A stretch of DNA of 49,102 bases from Hormoscilla sp. (GCA_051439505.1 JBFRWI010000192.1:1-49102); one strand, 5' to 3'; positions 39,599 through 48,868 are shown, counted from the stretch's first letter. The notes: generated by a model from the letters alone, not told the origin. Made by a program: numbers and translations.

Positions 39599-39781
39599 TT
39601 AAGCCCAAATTCTTCCCCGGCGGTAAGGCGGGTCGTTTTCTGGGGAACGATCTTTGAACATTTTTTTCCAGCGCCCATAGTCTTCCAGTCCCGTTGCCAG
39701 TATCACAGTTTCCTTTTCCTCTTCGGCCGTTCTGGTTACGCTTTCGGACTCCTTTTGGGAACTAGGGGGCGATTGTTTCAT
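39599..39781 (-). CDS. patC: Cyanobactin PatC/TenC/TruC family protein
   Basis: LATGLEDYGRWK and PYRRGRIWA motifs; located after patB; AGGAG upstream. Confidence 0.8.
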   Translation of the reverse strand: MKQSPPSSQKESESVTRTAEEEKETVILATGLEDYGRWKKMFKDRSPENDPPYRRGRIWA

Positions 39782-39844
39782 CTTTCTTCTCCTCCTCTCT
39801 CAGCAGCTAAATTTTAACACTTAATAACATCCACAATTACAAGC

Positions 39845-40051
39845 CTACTTTCGCTCTCCACAACCACGATAATTGCCCGACATAATATTCTGGTAGTTAA
39901 ACTGCGGCGGATCGTTATAGTTAGCGCCGTGCAGCAGTTCCATGCGAATTCCTAGCAGATTTTCTCCCGTACCGTGAACCACATCCACTGCTCTATGGGG
40001 GTAGATGATATCTGGTCTTTTGACTGGGGCAGCTTGTTTGGGTAATCTCAT
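39845..40051 (-). CDS. patB: Cyanobactin PatB/AcyB/McaB family protein
   Basis: MRLPKQAAPVKRP...VDVVHG...IRMELLHGANYNDP. Confidence 0.85.
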   Translation of the reverse strand: MRLPKQAAPVKRPDIIYPHRAVDVVHGTGENLLGIRMELLHGANYNDPPQFNYQNIMSGNYRGCGERK

Positions 40052-40118
40052 ACCTATTTGGCATTTAGCATTTGGCATTTGGCATTTTAACGCCCGTCCG
40101 GAACCATGACGAACAATT

Positions 40119-42062
40119 TTAATAAGGAGTAGACCAAGAACGGACTTCTCCCAAGCTCACCGGGACGATATCGCTGACATCAATTGTATATCGGAATACC
40201 CTCTTCGCCCGTCGGTCATTTTCCGGGTCAAAGAACTTCAGTTTCACGTCCCAGCAATCGCTGTCTATCCGGCAGAAAGGACTTTTTTCCACACTGACGC
40301 TGTCCAGTTCCATGCCCTCTGCCACTGCTTCCGAGAAAGTCGAGGCCGCTTGAAAAGCATTCGTCGCCGCAAAGTTAATTGCCCGTTCTTGGGAAGTTTG
40401 CCCTAAGTTCCGCCAGTCATAATAGATGCGGTTCAGAAAACTGCTGAGGGCTTTCCGCATTACTTGTTCGTTGCTTTCTTGTCGTTCTGAGCTTATCGCT
40501 TCCAGAGCCGCACTCACCAAACTATTTACTTTCCAACTGTAGAGTCCCCGCGTATTCTCCGATTCGAGCACCGGTAATACTTGCCCCGAAAACAATCTGA
40601 CTGTCCTGCCTGTCAAGCGTCCCGAGATACTCACCCGATCGACGTAGTTTTCGCTGTCTTCTGCTTCTACCTGTCCTGCCAGCATTTCCTGCAATGCTTC
40701 ATAGACTTCCCTGGCAAATGGCCCCACTGGTTCGATCGCATATATGGGGGTCAACTCCAGGTTCAAAGTCCAAATCAAGGACTTGGCCTCTGATATATTT
40801 TCTCCCAGATAATCTACCATTTGCCGGGCATCGTAGGGATTTGCGGGCACCGAAGTCCCGTCTATTTCTACCCCAGGCATCAATTGCTTGAAGGAGTCCC
40901 GCCTGGCCTCCGTGCCAAAGTCGTATCCCAATACTCCTAAGGCATAGATTAAACCTCCTCCGAAGGATGTTTGTTCGCTGGCGGCTACCGAATTTATGGG
41001 GTTATTTAGCCTATTTGCTGAACTGGACTGACTAACTGCTGGTGCTGCTGCAGCTACGGTTGCTGCTGGTATTGCTGCTGCTGGTTCTGACTCTTTTACT
41101 GTCTCTTCATCCTGGGCTTCACAGCTACAGCCCGAGGCTTCTATTGTTTCCAATTGTACTGTTTCAGAATCTCCGGACATCTTTACTCCTGCAATTAATT
41201 TCATGGCACCAGGGATATTCAGTTTCCCCACCAAACAGCGCGACCCCTCTGCATCTGTTGGGGAGTCACAGGGTAAGGCGCTATCTAAAAGCGCTGCCCG
41301 GACTTTTTGGGGGTCCGGTGTTTCGCCCTGCTGGAGTTGCAAACTCAGCAGCAAGGCCGCAATTCCCGAGACAATGGGGGTAGCAAAGCTGGTGCCGCTT
41401 TTTGAGATCGTACCACCTCCGGGTACTGCCCCTAATATATTTTCTCCTGGAGCCAGAATTCCTTGAGTTTGGTAAGCTTCTCCCCAGTTACTAAAATCCA
41501 AGGGCTGTTGGGCATCATCCATTGCTCCCACTGCTAGCACTACTGGCAGGGCCGCTGGTACGTGCAAACAGGCACAACCATCGTTCCCTGCTGCTGCTAC
41601 GATTAAAACATTCTGTTCTTTGCACAGTTCGACTGCTTTTCGGAGCCAGTCTTCTGCTTCTCCCGATTGGGTCAGTTGTCCGCCACTAATATTAATGATG
41701 TGGGCTCCCGCCTCCACTGCTTGATTAATCGCCCGTGACAGGTCTAGTTGAGAAAGTAAACGTTCCCGATCCTCTGCAAATACGGGAATAATCAACCCCC
41801 GGCATTGGGGGGCTATTCCCGTTACTGGACTTCCCTGCTGGCCGAATATCGTACTGGCCACATGGGTTCCGTGGCCTGACATCATACCTGTGGGGGTGGC
41901 AACTCCATCCACCAAACTTGACAGTCGCGTCAGAGAAGCTCCCGCGAAACAGGGGTGTGACTGGTCAACTACGCCATCCAGCACTGCCACGCATATTTCG
42001 GCGGATCCCTGGGTTTGCTCCCAGATCTCTTGCATTCCTGCTATTGCCCGCACCTCTACCAT
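40119..42062 (-). CDS. patA: PatA-type cyanobactin maturation protease (S8 subtilisin + C-terminal DUF)
   Basis: Triad D29 (VLDG), H64 (HGTH), S225 (SGTSFATP). The short D-H spacing means no PatG macrocyclase insertion. C-terminal DUF as in 38616-39497. Confidence 0.92.
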   Translation of the reverse strand: MVEVRAIAGMQEIWEQTQGSAEICVAVLDGVVDQSHPCFAGASLTRLSSLVDGVATPTGMMSGHGTHVASTIFGQQGSPVTGIAPQCRGLIIPVFAEDRERLLSQLDLSRAINQAVEAGAHIINISGGQLTQSGEAEDWLRKAVELCKEQNVLIVAAAGNDGCACLHVPAALPVVLAVGAMDDAQQPLDFSNWGEAYQTQGILAPGENILGAVPGGGTISKSGTSFATPIVSGIAALLLSLQLQQGETPDPQKVRAALLDSALPCDSPTDAEGSRCLVGKLNIPGAMKLIAGVKMSGDSETVQLETIEASGCSCEAQDEETVKESEPAAAIPAATVAAAAPAVSQSSSANRLNNPINSVAASEQTSFGGGLIYALGVLGYDFGTEARRDSFKQLMPGVEIDGTSVPANPYDARQMVDYLGENISEAKSLIWTLNLELTPIYAIEPVGPFAREVYEALQEMLAGQVEAEDSENYVDRVSISGRLTGRTVRLFSGQVLPVLESENTRGLYSWKVNSLVSAALEAISSERQESNEQVMRKALSSFLNRIYYDWRNLGQTSQERAINFAATNAFQAASTFSEAVAEGMELDSVSVEKSPFCRIDSDCWDVKLKFFDPENDRRAKRVFRYTIDVSDIVPVSLGEVRSWSTPY

Positions 42063-42098
42063 TTATATATCACTGCTCCTAGACTTTTTCTGTGCAAA

Positions 42099-42184
42099 GC
42101 CGTGGGTTCAAACCCTAATGCTTTTAGCTCAAGTGGGTTAAAACCCACTAAAAGCATTATCAGATGCGCGTTTTACCCTCGTTC
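42099..42184. repeat. Degenerate REP-like family A copy 5, upstream of patA
   Basis: AGTGGGTTAAAACCCACTA...CAGATGCGCGTTTT.CCCTCGTTC shared with about 1365-1417. Confidence 0.75.
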
Positions 42185-42657
42185 GGTTGGTATGCAGGCA
42201 CGGGCGAAGCATTCCAGTACAAAGTTTGTCACTTGATGTCGTAATTCGATCGCGCCTCAGCTTCGCCCCTACAGGTCATTCGGCAAATCATCAAATGCAC
42301 CCGATCGCGCGACTGCTGGGGGCTGTCACCAATCACCGCTTGCCAACTTCTGCTTATTCTAGTATTTCTCACATCGAGCTGTCTGTGGGGTCTGACCCCC
42401 CATATAACTATTGGTTGTTAGTTTTCAGTCGTTATCACTACGAGGGCGATCGCCACAGAGATGTCCTTGACTAGACTAAGAGATGCCGGTAGCAATTGAA
42501 AATTGAAAATTGAAAATTGAAAATTGAGCAAGATAAAATTCATATGGATAGTAACTCTGTAGATGTATGACTTAATTTGTCGCCCAAATGCTAGCTGCTG
42601 CGCAGCCGCTGCGCTAACGCCCCTACAGATCCATCGGCAAATATGCAGTGTACCCAG

Positions 42658-42754
42658 GAGATTGCTAGCCCTCCTGCGTCGGGCCGCTGCGCTAACGGGG
42701 GGGTTAACCACTAAAGCAGAAGTTAATCGCTACGTCTCCCCCCTCGCAATGACA
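42658..42754. repeat. REP-like family B copy
   Basis: GAGATTGCTAGC..CTCCTGCGTCG.GCCGCTGCGCTAACGGGGGGG...CCCCCCTCGCAATGACA. Confidence 0.8.
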
Positions 42755-42835
42755 AATATTTTAGTTTGACATATATTAGAGTGCGTGCTATAGTAAAAGG
42801 ACAGAGGGAAAGACAACAACTGCTGTGCGGGTAGA

Positions 42836-43801
42836 ATGATAGAAGTCGAGCATCTCAGCAAAGTATATGGCTCCACCCCAGCCATTCAGGATGTAACCTT
42901 CTCGGTGAAACCGGGAGAAATTATGGGTTTCTTGGGTCCGAATGGGGCGGGGAAAACGACGACGATGCGGATCTTAGCAGGTTATCTGCCCGCATCGGGG
43001 GGCATGGCCCGGGTGGCGGGCTACGATGTCCATGAAAAATCTCTGGAAGTGCGCCGCTGGATTGGTTATTTGCCCGAGGTGCCCCCTCTCTATCCAGAAA
43101 TGACTGTGGAGGGTTTTCTGCATTTTGTGGCCCGGCTCAAAGGAGTTCCCAGAAAGGACCGCCGCGATCGGGTAAATCATTCTTTAGAACGCTGTCAGAT
43201 CGCAGATAAGCGCAAACTGCTGATTCGCAAGCTTTCTAAAGGTTACCGGCAGCGGGTGGGCATTGCTCAGGCGATCGTTCACGACCCGCCGGTGATTATT
43301 CTGGACGAACCGACGGTGGGTTTGGACCCTCGGCAAATTATCGAGGTGCGGAATTTAATTAAAAGTCTGGCGGGAGATCATACAATTATTTTATCTACCC
43401 ATATCTTGCCCGAAGTGAGCATGACTTGCAGCCGGGTGACTATTATCAATGGCGGGCGGGTGGTGGCCACTGATGCGCCGGAAAATTTGATGGCGCAGTT
43501 GGCCGGTGGAGCGGAGTACGAACTGGAACTGGATAAAGATGTGACTGCGGTCAGGCAGATACTGGAAGTCGTGCCCGGTGTAGGTCAGATATTATCTTTG
43601 CCTGGGGAAAATGTCGGGGCAAATCGTTACCTAATTCAGGTAAAATCGGAATCGGGATCGGAACCGGGTCGGGAGATAGCTGCTGCTTTGGTGCAAGCTG
43701 GAGTGGGGATCTACGAGATGCGGCGCGATCGGGTTAACCTAGAACAGGTATTCTTAGAGTTAACTACGGTAGAGGATACGGAAGAAGGAGTGGCAGTTTG
43801 A
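42836..43801 (+). CDS. ABC-2 transporter ATP-binding subunit (GldA-like)
   Basis: GPNGAGKTT, LSKGYRQR, ILDEPT, STH. Confidence 0.93.
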   Translation: MIEVEHLSKVYGSTPAIQDVTFSVKPGEIMGFLGPNGAGKTTTMRILAGYLPASGGMARVAGYDVHEKSLEVRRWIGYLPEVPPLYPEMTVEGFLHFVARLKGVPRKDRRDRVNHSLERCQIADKRKLLIRKLSKGYRQRVGIAQAIVHDPPVIILDEPTVGLDPRQIIEVRNLIKSLAGDHTIILSTHILPEVSMTCSRVTIINGGRVVATDAPENLMAQLAGGAEYELELDKDVTAVRQILEVVPGVGQILSLPGENVGANRYLIQVKSESGSEPGREIAAALVQAGVGIYEMRRDRVNLEQVFLELTTVEDTEEGVAV

Positions 43802-44598
43802 TGTTGACGATCTTCAGTAACGTTGTGGCAATCTATCGCAAGGAGTTACAGGGCTATTTTGCTTCGCCCTTGGCTTACGCGATCGCGGGTGTATTCTGGT
43901 TATTAGCAGGTTTCTTCTTTGCGGCACTTTTGCTGGGACCGACGGGAATTATTGCCCAAGCTGCTTTTAACGACCAGACGGGAAATGCTATCCCGATCGA
44001 TGTCGCGTACCAGTTCCAGCAATTTTTCTTAGGGGTGATGGGAAATCTGGTATTATTCATCATGCCGATGCTGTCCATGGGAATGTACGCAGAAGAACGC
44101 AAGCGGGGCACTTTAGAACTGTTAGCGACTTCGCCCATTACTAACTGGGCGGTAGCAACGGGTAAATTATTAGGTTCGGTAACGTTTTTTATCACGATGG
44201 TGCTGCCTCTGCTATTATATGAAATCTATGCCATGAGTGCAGCGGATACCCCAGTCCAACTAGGAGTGCCCTTGGTGGGACATCTGGGAGTAATCTTGCT
44301 AGCTGCAAGTGTATTGTCTTTGGGAATGTTCATTTCTTCTCTGACGGATAGTACCTTGCTAGCAGCGGTATTCACCTTCGGGCTCATTTTGTTCCTCTGG
44401 GTGATAGACTTGATCGCGGAGGGAGTAGGGGGTAACGTAGGAGAGGCTTTGGGACATTTATCCTTGCTGAAAAATTATTCTAATCTGGTCAAAGGAGTGC
44501 TAGATAGCAGTAGTATCATTGCGTTTGCTAGTTACATCTTTGTCGGGATCTTCCTCACCGCCCAATCAATTGAAGCTTTGCGCTTTCAACGTTCATAG
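43801..44598 (+). CDS. ABC-2 transporter permease (GldF-like)
   Basis: KELQGYFASPLAY, AEERKRGTLELLATSP; six hydrophobic segments. Confidence 0.9.
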   Translation: MLTIFSNVVAIYRKELQGYFASPLAYAIAGVFWLLAGFFFAALLLGPTGIIAQAAFNDQTGNAIPIDVAYQFQQFFLGVMGNLVLFIMPMLSMGMYAEERKRGTLELLATSPITNWAVATGKLLGSVTFFITMVLPLLLYEIYAMSAADTPVQLGVPLVGHLGVILLAASVLSLGMFISSLTDSTLLAAVFTFGLILFLWVIDLIAEGVGGNVGEALGHLSLLKNYSNLVKGVLDSSSIIAFASYIFVGIFLTAQSIEALRFQRS

Positions 44599-44787
44599 AT
44601 TAGTCTCATGGCCGGCCTTCCGTGTCTCCTGGGTAGTGCGAGTAGCGCTCGTCGTATTGTCTGAGAACTTCGCACTCTCCAGTTGATACAATTAATTTTG
44701 CTTAACCACTCACTTTTCTAGGGATCGGGAAGCCCTGTCAAGGTGATAAACGAGCTTGCTGGCTTTCGGCCTTCGGGACTCTGACAA

Positions 44788-44941
44788 GGGTGTGGTCAAA
44801 AGTAGTACCGATCCGATCCCCCCCAAACCCCCCCTTCCGAAAGGGGGGGCAACCGGTGCGCCCCCCTTTTTAAGGGGGGTTTGGGGGGATCCAGCGACTG
44901 GGAGGGGGGGCCATCACGATCGACGGGTTTTGACCACACCC
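44788..44941. mobile_element. 154-bp MITE with perfect 14-bp TIR and 9-bp target-site duplication
   Basis: TIR GGGTGTGGTCAAAA / TTTTGACCACACCC; CTCTGACAA at 44779-44787 and 44942-44950; internal CCCCCCAAACCCCCC...GGGGGGTTTGGGGGG hairpin. Confidence 0.9.
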
Positions 44942-45121
44942 CTCTGACAATTCTGCGGTAGGTCGCGGCTAAATGGGCTCGATCTGGAAATTATGTCGTC
45001 CGAAACGACGGATATCGATTCCCAAATTTGCCACCTGGACAAGGCTGTGTGCTTTACATTACAATCGAGAGGTTCCTCAGAGACTATAGTGGTACTGAAA
45101 CTATTTCATTGATGGTTGACA

Positions 45122-45226
45122 GGCTACCAACTTAAGCCGGGACAAGCCCGCTGTGCAATGGTTCCGGCCCACAGCGGTAGGGGCCGCGAGCGGGGGGCGA
45201 ATTTGTCCCGCGTTACGTTGGTAGCA
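45122..45226. mobile_element. 105-bp MITE with 24-bp imperfect TIR and 8-bp target-site duplication
   Basis: GGCTACCAACTTAAGCCGGGACAA versus reverse complement TGCTACCAACGTAACGCGGGACAA (4 mismatches); GGTTGACA at 45114-45121 and 45227-45234. Confidence 0.8.
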
Positions 45227-45269
45227 GGTTGACATGCAATTGTCCATAACGCGATCGAGGACTCCGAAC

Positions 45270-45995
45270 ATGGCTACTTCTTCCAACGGTGCAACTCTTG
45301 CAAACTACGATCTGACGGTGATTCAACTAGACGGAAATGCTCCCCCGCCTGATATCCTCCGAAAAGTATCAACCGCAGGCTTTATCCGGCTGCAAACCCA
45401 TCCAGAACAGGTTGAAGCCACATTGGCGCAACTGGGTGAAATGCTGGGGAAGCGGACCTCGATTATTCCTTTAGCCCATAACTCCGAGCAAAGCGGACCG
45501 AGTTTACCCTGGCACATTGATGGCTACTATCAAACTCCCCTGCCAACATACTTTATGCTAGGATGCTGCTTTGTCCAATGCCGTGGCGGTGCCACTCTAC
45601 TCAAGGATGGCCGACTGATTGCGACTCGGTTAATAGGAGAATATCCAGAGCTTAAGAACGTCATCATTCACTATGAACGAACCGTTCCGGAGAGCTATCA
45701 AGAACGCACCATACCTCTGATTCAGGACTTAGATGGAACCCCTATTCTGGCCTATCGAGCAAATATCCCCAAATTGCCGGGGCTGGAGCAAACGATCGTC
45801 AACCTTGGAGGATTTGCGAATGAGGAGGAAATTTACTCTATTGTTGATAAAGCGATTGAGGCAGCACCCATCGCCATAGAACACCATTGGAGCGCCGGAC
45901 AAATTTTGATTGCCCATAATCTTTTCTTCCTTCATAGTCGAAAGGATTACTCTGGGGAGCGGCAGATGATGAGAGCGCAGTGCTTCCCGTATTAA
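45270..45995 (+). CDS. Divergent TauD/TfdA-like Fe(II)/2OG dioxygenase
   Basis: LPWHIDG (HxD), GGATLL.DG, W..GQILIAHN...LHSR..Y.G.R; GAGG before ATG at 45270. Confidence 0.8.
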   Translation: MATSSNGATLANYDLTVIQLDGNAPPPDILRKVSTAGFIRLQTHPEQVEATLAQLGEMLGKRTSIIPLAHNSEQSGPSLPWHIDGYYQTPLPTYFMLGCCFVQCRGGATLLKDGRLIATRLIGEYPELKNVIIHYERTVPESYQERTIPLIQDLDGTPILAYRANIPKLPGLEQTIVNLGGFANEEEIYSIVDKAIEAAPIAIEHHWSAGQILIAHNLFFLHSRKDYSGERQMMRAQCFPY

Positions 45996-46054
45996 AAAAA
46001 CGGCTCAATACCGATCGCAGCGATACAGCTGTAGCTCATAAGTCGCAAGACACA

Positions 46055-46092
46055 TTAAGGGCTACAGCCTGTCGTAGGACTGTAGCCCTTAA
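46055..46092. repeat. Perfect 13-bp stem hairpin between the dioxygenase and MFS genes
   Basis: TTAAGGGCTACAG...CTGTAGCCCTTAA. Confidence 0.6.
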
Positions 46093-46198
46093 AATAGCGA
46101 ATTAGATCGATTCAGAAACAACAAACCTGTGGGGACAAAAGCAATGCTGTGTCCCGACGCGAAAATTTGCACTGACATTCAATTATCGTTTCTTATTC

Positions 46199-47674
46199 AT
46201 GCAGAGGGAGATCGCTGAAAAAATAATGACAACTACAAAAGCTGGTGCAGTCATTACCTCCAGACAATGGTGGATTCTATTTGCTGCCAGTCTGGGAACG
46301 TTTATGTGTTCCCTGGACGTGCATATTGTCAATTTGGCATTGCCAACATTGGTAGAAGAGTTACACAGCGATTTTGCCACAGTTGCTTGGGTGCCGCTCA
46401 GCTACTCCCTGATGCTTTCGCTCTTGGTACTTTGCGCGGCGCGATTAGGGGATATGTGGAGTAAGAAATGGCTGTACCTGGTGGGGCTTGTCGCATTTAT
46501 CCTCAGTTCCCTGGTCTGCGGCATGGCCTCAACAATTGAGGTGTTGATTGCAGCCCGCATCTTTCAGGGGTCTGGAGCGGTGTTTATTGCGGTGCTAACG
46601 CCAGCGATCGTGACGGAGTCGTTCCCGGATGAAAAACGAGGTCTTGCTCTGGGGATCGTTGCCAGTACGGGGTGGGTAGGGGTGTCGTTGGGACCTACAG
46701 CGGGTGGGGTGCTCCTGGAGTATTTTGGCTGGCGAGCGGGTTTCCTGGTCAATGTACCCATCTGCTCGATCTGTATGATGCTGGTCATATTGCTGTTACC
46801 CCAGGGCGATCGCCCTCGCGAATCAAAGCGCTTCGATTTCCTGGGAGCGCTTCTGTTGACGGTAACGCTAACCTGCTTTCTGCTGGGGACAACCTCCACC
46901 CAGGGAGAGAACCTGGCTAGCGGCTCAACCCTCATTTTACTGCTGACTTCTGTGGCTGGGTGTATATTTTTCCTGCTGTCTCAGAAATTTTCTACCGATC
47001 CCTTAATTAATCTTGAGTTATTCCGATCGCTGAAACTCAGTCTGAGTTTGCTGTTGAGTTTAATTACCTACATTTTCGTCAATGCAGTGATGTTTATGCT
47101 GCCGTTTTTTCTGGAACTGGTGAAGCATTATCCCAAGCCCGAAATCGGATTGTTGGTTGCCGTTATGCCCGTATTGGGCGTTTGCTCGGCTCCTATCGCA
47201 GGGGTGCTTGCAGATCGCTTTACGGAGAGAAGCGTCAGTACAGTTGGGGTCGTATTGTTGCTCATCGGTTGTTTGGCGATCGGCACGTTTAATGAAGAGT
47301 TGACCGTTTCAGGATATCTATTACGGATGTTGCCTGTTGGCATCGGGTTTGGCTTGTTCCAACCCCCGAATCAAAGTGCGATTCTCGGCAGCGTATCGTC
47401 GAAGTATGTCAGCGTTGCCTCTGGACTCTGGTTTTTTTCGCGAACTCTCGGTCAGGTTATCGGCATCACTTTAATTGAAGTTCTGTTCTCCCAGCTGACA
47501 GCGAGCTACGCCCCAAGTGGGGTTACGGCTTCAGTGACAATGGCTCCCCCGGAAGCATTGGTGTTTGGGGAGCAAGTGAGTTTCCGCACCATCGCCGTCA
47601 CCCTGGGCGTTTCAGTCGGAATCTCCGGGTTCCTCTGGCAGCGCCAGCATCAAGAGCTGAGGGTCGCAGATTAG
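46199..47674 (+). CDS. MFS drug:H+ antiporter (DHA2, EmrB/QacA-like)
   Basis: LDVHIVNLALP, RLGDMWSKK, GPTAGG, FLVNVP, PLINLELF; about 14 TM segments. Confidence 0.92.
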   Translation: MQREIAEKIMTTTKAGAVITSRQWWILFAASLGTFMCSLDVHIVNLALPTLVEELHSDFATVAWVPLSYSLMLSLLVLCAARLGDMWSKKWLYLVGLVAFILSSLVCGMASTIEVLIAARIFQGSGAVFIAVLTPAIVTESFPDEKRGLALGIVASTGWVGVSLGPTAGGVLLEYFGWRAGFLVNVPICSICMMLVILLLPQGDRPRESKRFDFLGALLLTVTLTCFLLGTTSTQGENLASGSTLILLLTSVAGCIFFLLSQKFSTDPLINLELFRSLKLSLSLLLSLITYIFVNAVMFMLPFFLELVKHYPKPEIGLLVAVMPVLGVCSAPIAGVLADRFTERSVSTVGVVLLLIGCLAIGTFNEELTVSGYLLRMLPVGIGFGLFQPPNQSAILGSVSSKYVSVASGLWFFSRTLGQVIGITLIEVLFSQLTASYAPSGVTASVTMAPPEALVFGEQVSFRTIAVTLGVSVGISGFLWQRQHQELRVAD

Positions 47675-47743
47675 TGACATGAAATGTAGGGTGGGCACCG
47701 CCCACCTTGCCGCTACGGGTACTGTATAAGGTAAGGATTTGCC

Positions 47744-47980
47744 ATGACGCCAAATATTGATGTAACAGGACTAAAACAGGAACAGATCGCGCAAATAAAT
47801 GCGATAATAGAAGCGTTCCAAGCGAAAAATACACTTGACAGCAGCTTGAGAAAAAAAGCGCCATCTTCCGAAATTACTGTAGAAACCGATGCCGAAGATT
47901 TCGATATAAGTACGCGGTTTTTTGAGAGCGAAATATTGCCACCTTATAATCGCAGTATTCTTTATGGCAAGAGAACCTAA
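47744..47980 (+). CDS. Small hypothetical protein
   Basis: AAGGA RBS; MTPNIDVTGLKQEQIAQINAIIEAF...PYNRSILYG resembles antitoxin-like small proteins. Confidence 0.55.
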   Translation: MTPNIDVTGLKQEQIAQINAIIEAFQAKNTLDSSLRKKAPSSEITVETDAEDFDISTRFFESEILPPYNRSILYGKRT

Positions 47981-48075
47981 ACTGATTTATATAGAGACTA
48001 ATGTTCTGGCTTATATTGCTAAGATAAAATGGTGATGGCGATCGCCAGCCACTGAAGGTGCGATCGCGAATGTTA

Positions 48076-48690
48076 TGTAGGGGCACGGCATCCACAAATG
48101 ATCTGAAAAAATAAAAAATGTAACTACCGCCGTGCCCCGGCATCCACAGTCAAAGACGCGATCGCCAAAAGATCAATGCGCGATCGCCCGCCCACCGAAA
48201 ATGCGATCTGGATCTGGCGCCGGGGCACGGCAATAGATATATTTCGGTTGATACCCTGATATTATCTTATCCGTGCCCCTACCATTGTTATTCTATATTG
48301 GCTGGAACTGGCGCGATCGCCCACCGAAAATGCGATCGCAGTCGAAAATGTAGGGGCACGGCATCAGCAGATTATCGGAAAAAATGAAAAATGTAACTAT
48401 CGCCGTGCCCCGGCATCCACAGTCAAAGACGCGATCGCCAAAAGATCAATGCGCGATCGCCCGCCCACCGAAAATGCCATCGGGATATGGCGCCGGTGTA
48501 CGGCAATAGATAAATTTCGGTTAATACCATGATATTATCGATGCCGTGCCCCTACCATTGTTATTGTATATTGGCTGGAACTGGCGCGATCGCCCGCCAG
48601 TCAAAATGCGATCGCAGTCGAAAATGTAGGTGTACGGCATCAGCAGATTATCGGAAAAAATGAAAAATGTAACTATCGCCGTGCCCCGGC
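48076..48690. repeat. About 2.3-copy tandem duplication (period about 273-276 bp) built from GTAGGGGCACGGCA / TGCCGTGCCCCTAC REP arms and HIP1 sites
   Basis: CATCCACAGTCAAAGACGCGATCGCCAAAAG at 48141 and 48414; CGCCGTGCCCCGGC ends at 48141, 48414 and 48690. Confidence 0.85.
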
Positions 48691-48868
48691 TAGCGGTGCC
48701 CAGACGCGATCGCCCCTTGTCGGTGACTGTGAAGGCGATCGCGATCGCGCCTTGCTTGCAGATCGGTATCGATACACAAAACCAATCTTGCATAACTGAG
48801 AGAAACTGCGTTATTCTGTTCTCGTAAACCCTCGATGGTGGGGCGATCGGCTCAGTCAGGAGTAAATT

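Noticed and set aside
38410..42836. Complete cyanobactin gene cluster or hidden PatE precursor
   Set aside because: No LAELSEE-type leader or repeated core/recognition cassettes were found in the gaps or flanks; no PatD, PatF or PatG.
45122..45226. Riboswitch upstream of the TauD-like gene
   Set aside because: No recognisable riboswitch consensus; the flanking 8-bp direct repeat and terminal inverted repeats fit a MITE better.
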